Shown here: in pieces, positions 33,106-40,499 of the stretch
How the letters are laid out: each line of letters opens with the position of its first letter
Position numbering within the stretch: position 1 is the first letter of the stretch
Source of the DNA: Clostridia bacterium
Lineage (GTDB): Bacteria > Bacillota > Clostridia > Oscillospirales > CAG-272
Direction of reading: 5' to 3'
Length of the DNA: 64,000 nt
Assembly: GCA_017411805.1 (NCBI GenBank)
Contig: JAFQPI010000005.1
Coordinates: forward strand, 1,538-65,537
Position numbers and translations under genes: made by a program
The notes under the pieces: model-generated
What the model was told of the DNA's origin: nothing
The model's database searches: none
The model's input: only the letters and a program-made list of their open reading frames with translations

Positions 33106-34110
33106 ATGTCAGAAAACAAGAATATCCTCCCTCCCGATCCCGAGGCTATACTCGAAGTACGCAACCTCGAGAAGCGATTCGTCCTTGAGAAAACTCTCAT
33201 GGGCAAGCCTACAAAGGAGCTCGTTGCCGTAAACGATATCTCCTTTAAGCTAAAGGCGGGCGAAACTCTCGGTATCGTTGGCGAATCGGGATGCGGCAAG
33301 ACCACTCTCGGACGCACCATCCTCCGTCTCCATCCTTCGAACGGCGGCGAGATCTACTTCAAGGGTCAGAATATCGCCGAGCTCAAGGGAAAAGAGCTCC
33401 GCGATCTCCGCACCAAGATGCAGATCATCTTCCAGGACCCCTATTCCTCGCTTCCTCCCCGCGCGACTGTCGGCGACATCCTCTCCGAGCCCGTTCTCGT
33501 TCACGGGATCGTCCCCAAGTCCGAGGTCAAGGAATACGTCCTCGATCTTATGGAAAAATGCGGTCTGCGCGACTACTACTACGAGCGTTATCCGCATGAA
33601 TTCTCAGGCGGTCAGCGTCAGAGGATCTGTATCGCGCGCGCGCTTTCGGTAAAGCCCGAGCTCGTCATCTGCGACGAGCCGGTTTCGGCACTCGACGTTT
33701 CGATCCAGGCGCAGATCATCAACCTCCTGAAGGACCTTCAGCGTTCGATGAATCTGACCTACCTCTTCATCTCGCACGATCTTTCGGTCGTCAAATTCAT
33801 CTCGGACAAGGTCGGAGTTATGTACCTCGGCAAGATGATGGAATTCGGAGACAAGAAGGACATCTTCGGCAATCCCCTCCATCCCTACACGAAGGCTCTC
33901 TTCTCCGCGATCCCGAATCCCGATCCCGATATGAAGATGAACCGCATCCACCTCGAGGGCGATATCCCGTCCCCCGCCAATCCCCCCTCGGGATGCCGCT
34001 TCCACACCCGTTGCCCGATGGCAACAGAGGAGTGCTCGAAGTGCGTTCCCGAATACCGCGAGGTTGAGCCCGGCCACTTCGTAGCCTGCCACCTCTGCCA
34101 CAAGAATTAA
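33106..34110 (+). CDS. peptide ABC transporter ATP-binding protein (OppF/DppF-like)
   Basis: 334 aa. Walker A GESGCGKTT, signature FSGGQRQR, Walker B VICDEPVSALD. Confidence 0.85.
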   Translation: MSENKNILPPDPEAILEVRNLEKRFVLEKTLMGKPTKELVAVNDISFKLKAGETLGIVGESGCGKTTLGRTILRLHPSNGGEIYFKGQNIAELKGKELRDLRTKMQIIFQDPYSSLPPRATVGDILSEPVLVHGIVPKSEVKEYVLDLMEKCGLRDYYYERYPHEFSGGQRQRICIARALSVKPELVICDEPVSALDVSIQAQIINLLKDLQRSMNLTYLFISHDLSVVKFISDKVGVMYLGKMMEFGDKKDIFGNPLHPYTKALFSAIPNPDPDMKMNRIHLEGDIPSPANPPSGCRFHTRCPMATEECSKCVPEYREVEPGHFVACHLCHKN

Positions 34111-34114
34111 AGAT

Positions 34115-34411
34115 ATGGCTAAAAAAGAAAAGAAAAAACGCGAGAAGGTAGTCTGGATCGACGACGGCAGAACTATTGCCGATATGTCGAACCTGCCGAA
34201 TCGCGGACTCGGCAAGAGCCTCTCGGATGCCGCGCCCAAACGGCAAATGAGCGAGACCGAACGCCGGTTCCGCAAAACTCAGCCGAAATGGAAAGAATAC
34301 CTTTCCACATATTTCGCCGCCGTCAGAATGATGTTCCTCCCGATGCTCGTCGTCATAGGCATCATCTGCGTCGCGTTTCTGATTCTCTATATTTTGTCCG
34401 TATTGGCATAA
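34115..34411 (+). CDS. small tail-anchored membrane protein, unknown function
   Basis: 98 aa with a Lys-rich N-terminus and a C-terminal TM helix (MLVVIGIICVAFLILYILSVL). Starts 4 nt after the oppF-like stop. Confidence 0.45.
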   Translation: MAKKEKKKREKVVWIDDGRTIADMSNLPNRGLGKSLSDAAPKRQMSETERRFRKTQPKWKEYLSTYFAAVRMMFLPMLVVIGIICVAFLILYILSVLA

Positions 34412-34414
34412 TAT

Positions 34415-34457
34415 GACCGGACCGTTTATTATTTAAAACGGTCCGGCTATTTATTTT
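34415..34457 (+). terminator. intrinsic terminator ending the protease/Opp block
   Basis: GACCGGACCGTTT ... AAACGGTCCGG hairpin followed by T-rich sequence. Confidence 0.75.
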
Positions 34458-34468
34458 ACTCAATCTTA

Positions 34469-34497
34469 TTGACAGCAGATAGAATATGTGGTATAAT
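34469..34497 (+). promoter_or_regulatory. sigma-A promoter of the SDR gene
   Basis: TTGACA (34469-34474), 17-nt spacer, TATAAT (34492-34497). Confidence 0.6.
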
Positions 34498-34549
34498 AAA
34501 AATGTAATTAAATGTATATTCTAATAAAAACAATAAAGGAGAAACAAAA

Positions 34550-35308
34550 ATGAGACTTGAAAACAAATCGGTAGTCGTTACCGGTGCTTCATCCGGAATG
34601 GGAAAGCAGATCGTTGAGACCTTTGTTAAAGAGGGCGCAAATGTTATCGCAGTTGCAAGAAGAAAGGAACGCCTTGATTCACTCGTTGAAAGCCTCAAGG
34701 ATGCTCCCGGCAAGGTTATAGCATTCGCGGGTGATGTCAGCAACCGAGCAGACAACGAGGCAATGATCGACCTTGCGGTCAAGGAATTCGGCAAGCTCGA
34801 TATTCTCGTCAACAATGCGGGCGTTATGGACGATATGGCTCCCATCGCTGAGGCATCAGACGAAAAGTACGAATATGTTATGAAGATCAACGTTTACGGT
34901 CCTATGGCTGCTATGCGAAAGGCATGTCAGGTATTCCTCGCTCAGGGCAACGGAGGCAATATCATCAACGTATCCTCCATCGGCGCTCAGCATCAGGCAG
35001 CGGGCCCCATCTACGGCGCGTCAAAAGCAGCACTCAATGCTATGAGCCGCAACACCGCTTATATGTATAAGGCAGAAAACATCCGCTGCAACGTCATTGC
35101 TCCCGGCGGAATCAAAACCGAAATCGGAGCTGCTATGGGTATGCCCAATATGACCGGCTACAGTAAGATCGGTCCTGTGCTTGGTATTGCACCTCCCCAG
35201 GGCGAAGCATCCGATATAGCCAAGACTGCTCTCTTCCTTGCAAGCGATGAGTCTGCATACATCAGCGGCGTTATCCTTCCCGTTGACGGTGGTTGGACAT
35301 CGTTCTGA
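34550..35308 (+). CDS. SDR-family oxidoreductase
   Basis: 252 aa. TGASSGMGK cofactor motif, NNAG, and YGASKAA catalytic motif. Confidence 0.85.
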   Translation: MRLENKSVVVTGASSGMGKQIVETFVKEGANVIAVARRKERLDSLVESLKDAPGKVIAFAGDVSNRADNEAMIDLAVKEFGKLDILVNNAGVMDDMAPIAEASDEKYEYVMKINVYGPMAAMRKACQVFLAQGNGGNIINVSSIGAQHQAAGPIYGASKAALNAMSRNTAYMYKAENIRCNVIAPGGIKTEIGAAMGMPNMTGYSKIGPVLGIAPPQGEASDIAKTALFLASDESAYISGVILPVDGGWTSF

Positions 35309-35316
35309 TAATTGAT

Positions 35317-35355
35317 AAGATCCGCCTCGCGTAATCGCGGGGCGGATCTTTTTTG
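35317..35355 (+). terminator. intrinsic terminator after the SDR gene
   Basis: AAGATCCGCC ... GGCGGATCTT hairpin followed by TTTTT. Confidence 0.8.
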
Positions 35356-35399
35356 TTTACAACTCGTAATTTATTTCCGGCACAATGTGTGCTATAATT

Positions 35400-35505
35400 A
35401 TAATAGCGTTCAGCACACGGTATGCCGATGGTGTGCTGAACCTCAATATCTGTTGAACTCTACTCTCGGTTTACATAGATTCTCCCCGAAGTAGAGCTAT
35501 TTTTA
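35400..35505 (+). ncRNA. candidate small RNA (promoter + two hairpins + terminator)
   Basis: Extended -10 TGcTATAAT at 35390-35398. Hairpin GTTCAGCACAC ... GTGTGCTGAAC (35408-35441). Second imperfect hairpin CTCTAC..GTAGAG (35458-35496) followed by CTATTTTT. No convincing ORF or RBS. Confidence 0.25.
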
Positions 35506-35572
35506 TGCAAAGTTTCGTGACAAAACATCAAATATAGGTTATAATTATATCAATACTAAAATGGGGAAAGAT

Positions 35573-36436
35573 ATGAGCAAATACAGAATAGTAACCGATT
35601 CCGCCTCGGATATGGGCGAGCATCTCACCGAATGGGGCGTTGCATCCGCAAGCCTGACTTTGAAATTCGATGGCGATGATATTATTCAAAAGAATGACGA
35701 GGTTGAGCCCGTCGCTTTTTACAACCGTATGCGCGAGGGCGCAAGTGCAAAAACTTCTGCGGTCAACCCCGAGGCATTTATCGAGGTCTTTGAGCCGATC
35801 CTTGCCGAGGGCGACGATATTCTCTATATCGGCTTTTCATCGGGTCTGAGCACCACCTGCAATTCGGGTAGGATCGCGGCTGAAAAGCTTATGGAGAAAT
35901 ATCCCGAGCGAAAGATCATCGTCATAGACTCTCTTTCGGCTTCAGCGGGCTTCGGTATGCTCGTTTACCTTGCCGTCAAGAAGAAGAATGAGGGAGCAAC
36001 TCTCGAAGAAAACGCCGAATACGTAACCTCCCTCATACCCCATATGTGCCATTGGTTCACCGTCGACGACCTCGTTTACCTCAAGCGCGGCGGACGCATC
36101 AGTCCCACCGTTGCCTTTGTCGGCGGCGTTCTCGGAATCAAGCCCGTACTCCACATGGACAACGAAGGACATCTGATCAACAAATTCAAGGTTCGCGGCA
36201 GACGCGCATCTATCAAGGCTCTTGCCGACAAGCTCGGTGAGCTTATGACCGACAAATCGCAGGGTCCCGTCTTCATCTGCCACGCCGATTGCGAAGGCGA
36301 CGCCGCTCTCCTCTCCTCGATGATAAAGGAGACATACGGACTTGACACCGACATCACCGTCTTCACAGGCCCCGTAATCGGTGCCCATTCGGGTCCCGGT
36401 ACACTCGCACTCTTCTTCATAGGAAACGAAAGGTAA
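35573..36436 (+). CDS. DegV-family fatty-acid-binding protein (FakB-like)
   Basis: 287 aa from MSKYRIVTDSASDM, a typical DegV N-terminus. Adjacent to a DAK2-domain protein. Confidence 0.8.
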   Translation: MSKYRIVTDSASDMGEHLTEWGVASASLTLKFDGDDIIQKNDEVEPVAFYNRMREGASAKTSAVNPEAFIEVFEPILAEGDDILYIGFSSGLSTTCNSGRIAAEKLMEKYPERKIIVIDSLSASAGFGMLVYLAVKKKNEGATLEENAEYVTSLIPHMCHWFTVDDLVYLKRGGRISPTVAFVGGVLGIKPVLHMDNEGHLINKFKVRGRRASIKALADKLGELMTDKSQGPVFICHADCEGDAALLSSMIKETYGLDTDITVFTGPVIGAHSGPGTLALFFIGNER

Positions 36437-36463
36437 AACGCCGACTCTCGGCTGCTGATTGAT

Positions 36464-38140
36464 ATGAACAATACCAAAACCGAATTCATTCTCACGGGCG
36501 AATATTTCGTCAAAATGATCCATGGCGCCGCCCTCAATCTCAGAAGCGAGGCGCAGAAGATCAACGATCTCAACGTCTTTCCCGTACCCGACGGAGACAC
36601 GGGTGACAACATGCTCTCCACCCTTATGGGCGGAGTTGAGCGCGCCCGCAGCTCCGGAGAGGGTCTGGGCGTGACCGCACGCAGGGTCGCGGACGGCATG
36701 CTTCTTTCTGCCCGCGGCAACTCGGGAGTCATCCTATCTCAATTCTTTGACGGAATCGCCGCAGGCTTTGAAGGCCTCGAGACCGCAGACGCCAAGGACA
36801 TCGGCAGAGCCTTCCGCAAGGGTGTCCGCCGCGCATACCGCGCGGTTATGAAGCCCGCGGAGGGCACGATCCTCACCGTTGCCAGCGACGCGACAGAGTA
36901 CGCATGCAACAAAAAGACGGGCTCGGTCGAAGACTTCCTCGGCAACTTCGTCCGCGAGGCGCGCCGTTCCCTTGACCGTACTCCCGAGCTTCTTCCCGTC
37001 CTCAAGAGTGCGGGAGTAGTCGATTCCGGAGGAGCGGGTCTGCTTTCGATCATTGAAGGCATGTGCGGAGTCTTTGACGAAAGCTTCAACATTGAGACTT
37101 TTGATAATACCGTGATCGGCAATTCTACGGCGAACAAGATCGACTTCGACCTCTTCTCCGAGGATGATATCCTTGAATACGGTTATTGCACAGAGCTTCT
37201 CGTTCGCTTGCAAAGCTCCAAAACCGATATATCCACCTTCGATGAGGACATATTAAAGGATGCGCTGACCGAGATCGGAGATTCTATCGCGATAGTAAAA
37301 TCGGGCAGCATACTGAAGATCCACGTTCACACAAAGACCCCCGACCGTGTCCTTGCACTTTGCCAAAAGCACGGCGAATTTCTCAAGGTCAAGATCGAGA
37401 ATATGTCGCTTCAGCATAACTCGATCGAAACAGAAACGGTTCGCGAGGCGGAAGCCGTAATGGCCGAGCAGACGAGGAAGGCTTTCGGTGTCGTTGTTGC
37501 CGCCTGCGGCGATGGCATCAAGCAGACCTTCCTTGAATGCGGTGCCGATTTTATTGTTGAGGGCGGACAGAGCATGAATCCCTCGGCGGAGGATTTCATC
37601 CGCGCCTTTGAGGCAGTGAATGCCGCCACTATATTCGTTTTCCCCAACAACGGCAACGTCATCCTCGCGGCGAGACAGGCGGCTAAGATGTTCGCCGCTT
37701 CCGATATCCGCGTTATTCCTTCCCGTAACGTCGGCGAGGGATATGCCTCCCTTTCGATGATCGATACCTCGTCGGGCGATGCCGATGCCATTGAGGCAGA
37801 GTTGTGCGCAAATATGCAGGGCGTTGTGACCGCGGAGATCGCGCGCTGCATCCGCGACGCCGAAATGCAAAACGTCGCGATCCACACCGGCGACTACATC
37901 GGCTACGTTGGCAAAAACATTCTTTCTGCTTCAAACGATAGACTTGAAGCATCCCTCAAGCTGATAGACTCGCTCGGTCTTGACAGCCACGGGCTCTTCC
38001 TTCTCTTCTCGGGAATCGACTCGACAGAGGATGAGACCGCGCAGATCTGCGACTATATCGCCGAGCATTATCCCGATTGCGAGGTCTACCCGATCTACGG
38101 CGGACAGGAGATCTATAGCTACATTATGGTAGCTGAGTAA
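36464..38140 (+). CDS. DAK2-domain protein (YloV/FakA-like fatty acid kinase subunit)
   Basis: 558 aa with N-terminal Dak2 motif NVFPVPDGDTGDNM. Length and architecture match YloV/FakA. Confidence 0.75.
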   Translation: MNNTKTEFILTGEYFVKMIHGAALNLRSEAQKINDLNVFPVPDGDTGDNMLSTLMGGVERARSSGEGLGVTARRVADGMLLSARGNSGVILSQFFDGIAAGFEGLETADAKDIGRAFRKGVRRAYRAVMKPAEGTILTVASDATEYACNKKTGSVEDFLGNFVREARRSLDRTPELLPVLKSAGVVDSGGAGLLSIIEGMCGVFDESFNIETFDNTVIGNSTANKIDFDLFSEDDILEYGYCTELLVRLQSSKTDISTFDEDILKDALTEIGDSIAIVKSGSILKIHVHTKTPDRVLALCQKHGEFLKVKIENMSLQHNSIETETVREAEAVMAEQTRKAFGVVVAACGDGIKQTFLECGADFIVEGGQSMNPSAEDFIRAFEAVNAATIFVFPNNGNVILAARQAAKMFAASDIRVIPSRNVGEGYASLSMIDTSSGDADAIEAELCANMQGVVTAEIARCIRDAEMQNVAIHTGDYIGYVGKNILSASNDRLEASLKLIDSLGLDSHGLFLLFSGIDSTEDETAQICDYIAEHYPDCEVYPIYGGQEIYSYIMVAE

Positions 38141-38147
38141 GCCCAAT

Positions 38148-38181
38148 GCCCAACTTCCTATGAGGAAGTTGGGCAATTTTA
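38148..38181 (+). terminator. intrinsic terminator after the DAK2 gene
   Basis: GCCCAACTTCC-TATGA-GGAAGTTGGGC followed by AATTTTA. Confidence 0.75.
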
Positions 38182-38250
38182 TTCGCTTTACGCGGTGATA
38201 TTCGGCTAACACCGAGTGATATTTGCTCCGCAAGCTTTGGTGGCTAACAA
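38182..38250 (+). repeat. short hairpin/linker repeat, possible degenerate relative of element E
   Basis: CGC-TTTA-CGCG GTGATATT CGG-CTAACA-CCG AGTGATATT; GTGATATT at 38196 and 38216 (20-nt period); GGCTAAC at 38204 and 38241. Confidence 0.4.
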
Positions 38251-38342
38251 ACTCAAACAAAAAAAGAATTGACCTGTTTCTATTGACTATAATTCCCAAA
38301 TATGTTATAATAAATTGACAATAAGTAAAGGAGATACCGCAT

Positions 38343-39854
38343 ATGAAACGCACATTATCAGCTATTTTATCAATAATTATGCTTCTCGGCACACTCTTTA
38401 CAGCCATCGGCTGCAGCGATCCCTCCAATAATCAGGACCCCGCAACCACCACAGCTGCTGCTGTGGGAAGCAACGCCGATGAAGTTACGACAGATAATCT
38501 TTATGATGACAAGGGATATCTGAAAGACAGCCTCGATCCAAGTCTCAACTTCGGCGGCGAAACGGTCAACATTTTTGCCTGGGAGCATACTCTGCCCGAA
38601 TTCGAGGTAGAGGAGCAATCCGGAAACATTGTCGAGGATGCGATCTATACGCGAAATGCAAACACCGAAAGCAGACTTGGCGTCAAGCTCGAATTTACCA
38701 TCACAAAGGGTAATTCGGGCGCGTTCAAAGAGTTTTGCCAGGAGGTCTCAAACAGCATCAGCGTAAACGACGGCGCATACGACCTTATCGGTTGCTATCT
38801 GCGTTCGGCAGGTGTCCTGACTCTTGAGCACCATCTTCTTGACATGCTTGAGGTCGATCATCTCGATTTTGAAAAGCCCTGGTGGTCAAGCAGCCTTCTT
38901 GAGCTCAACACCATAAACGACAGTCTCTACTTCATTTCGGGAGACGTTGCCTCCACTCTGATCTATCAGATGATGTTCATGATCTATAACAACGATCTTG
39001 GAGCAAACAAAAATCTCACAAGTCCTCAGGAAACCGCCCTGGACGGCAATTGGACGCTTGAAATGCTCTTCGAGATGACGCAGGGGATATACAACGACCT
39101 TGATAGCGACGGCTTGAAGTCCGATGAGGACTGCTACGGTCTCTACTCGATAAGCCACCCGCTTCTCGATATCTTCTATATGGGTTCCGATATGCATTAC
39201 GTTATCCCCGACGCTGAGGGAAATCTGATTCTTTCGGAAGACGTATTGAGCGACAAATCATTCTCGGTCATTGACCGCCTCATTAACCTTTACTATACCT
39301 CAAACGACGGCTACTTCACAAAAACTGCCCCCTATACGATTTACTCTGCGGGCAATTCGCTCTTCTATAACGTATCCGGCGAAATCCTTTCAAAGTATTT
39401 CCGAGGATCCGACATAGACTACAGTATTCTTCCCGCGCCCAAATATGACGAGTCGCAGAAAAACTACCGCACTCCCGTTGCCTTCACTCACACGATGTAC
39501 TGCATTCCCGCAGATGTAAAAAACACCCAAAAGTCGGGCGCCGTACTCGAGTGCATGGCTTCCGAGGCATACCGCAACGTAACTCCCGCGCTCTTCGAGA
39601 CCGCATTCAAATATCAGTACTCCAAGAATCCCCTCGATGCAGAGATATTTGAGATCATCCGCAACAACGTCGTCTTCGATATCAGCCGCCCCTTCTTTGA
39701 TTCGCTCGGCGGAGATACTTCCAGCCCCATCCGTATCTGGAGAAACCAGATCGAAAACGGCTCGAATCAGCTCTTCTCCAAGGGCAAATCCTTCCGCGGC
39801 AGATGGTCGGGCACTCTTAAGGATATCTCAGAAAAATTAAAGGAGATCGATTGA
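38343..39854 (+). CDS. large lipoprotein, possibly solute-binding-like, unknown function
   Basis: 503 aa with lipobox AIGC. No adjacent transporter genes. The fold assignment is a guess from size and composition. Confidence 0.4.
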   Translation: MKRTLSAILSIIMLLGTLFTAIGCSDPSNNQDPATTTAAAVGSNADEVTTDNLYDDKGYLKDSLDPSLNFGGETVNIFAWEHTLPEFEVEEQSGNIVEDAIYTRNANTESRLGVKLEFTITKGNSGAFKEFCQEVSNSISVNDGAYDLIGCYLRSAGVLTLEHHLLDMLEVDHLDFEKPWWSSSLLELNTINDSLYFISGDVASTLIYQMMFMIYNNDLGANKNLTSPQETALDGNWTLEMLFEMTQGIYNDLDSDGLKSDEDCYGLYSISHPLLDIFYMGSDMHYVIPDAEGNLILSEDVLSDKSFSVIDRLINLYYTSNDGYFTKTAPYTIYSAGNSLFYNVSGEILSKYFRGSDIDYSILPAPKYDESQKNYRTPVAFTHTMYCIPADVKNTQKSGAVLECMASEAYRNVTPALFETAFKYQYSKNPLDAEIFEIIRNNVVFDISRPFFDSLGGDTSSPIRIWRNQIENGSNQLFSKGKSFRGRWSGTLKDISEKLKEID

Positions 39855-39865
39855 TCAATATAATA

Positions 39866-39907
39866 GGGGCTGATTCATTAACTTGAGTGATTCAGTCCCC
39901 TTTTTTG
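39866..39907 (+). terminator. intrinsic terminator
   Basis: GGGGCTGATTCA ... TGATTCAGTCCCC imperfect hairpin followed by TTTTTT. Confidence 0.7.
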
Positions 39908-39969
39908 ATGTCCTTGACATCCTCATCCACCGCGCCTCCGCCCGAAGTATTTGCTTAGAAATAAAAAAA

Positions 39970-40298
39970 GCGCGATCGCGTTCTCCTTCCACCACACGTT
40001 CGTGTGGTCCCCCTCCCTCCCGGAGGGAGGCTTAATGGTAACTGCAAACTACTTCGAATATTCAATGAACATCGTTTTTCTTAATCTAAAAAAGCAAATA
40101 GGAAAATTTTATTTGAATAAATTTGCACTAATAACAGAGTTTTTGCAAATCTTTTGAATAAAACATTCCTATTTAAATATGCAAAATTACAGATACAAAC
40201 GATATTCGATGTACAAACAATTGAATTTGCACAAACTCTTAGCCTCCCTCCGGGAGGGAGGGGGACCGACGCAGGTCGGTGGAAGGAGCCCGCGATCG
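39970..40298. repeat. 330-bp palindromic MITE-like element with ~62-bp terminal inverted repeats
   Basis: The reverse complement of the left arm 39970-40035 aligns with the right arm 40239-40298: identical AGCCTCCCTCCGGGAGGGAGGGGGACC, then a variable but structure-preserving hairpin (CCACACG-AA-CGTGTGG vs CCGAC-GCAG-GTCGG), then identical TGGAAGGAG..CGCGATCG. The core is AT-rich and has no credible ORF. Confidence 0.7.
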
Positions 40299-40419
40299 AA
40301 CCTCTATGTATTTTACGCGCAAGCTTTGGGCAGAGAGTGATGGCTTGCGTTTTTGAAAACTTTTTCAATAAAACATTCCTGTTTGATATTTGATGATTTA
40401 TTCGAGATCTTCACATAGT

Positions 40420-40460
40420 TAAAGGGCTGATCCATTGATTTGTTAATGAATCAGCCCCTA
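40420..40460 (-). terminator. probable terminator of sigma/anti-sigma pair 3
   Basis: GGGCTGATCCATT ... AATGAATCAGCCC imperfect hairpin with a short T-run on the minus strand. Confidence 0.5.
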
Positions 40461-40499
40461 TCCGCTATAAGGCGGCAACTATCTCTTTTACCGTTTCTG

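Noticed and set aside
35312-35494. A 60-aa ORF lies in the SDR-DegV spacer.
   Set aside because: It starts inside the SDR terminator hairpin, has no RBS, and is Cys/Arg/His-rich. The region is better explained as structured RNA.
39951-40393. ORFs 39951..40157 (+), 40081..40368 (-) and 40154..40393 (+) lie inside the palindromic element.
   Set aside because: They overlap one another, lack an RBS, have odd composition, and are generated by the inverted-repeat structure itself.
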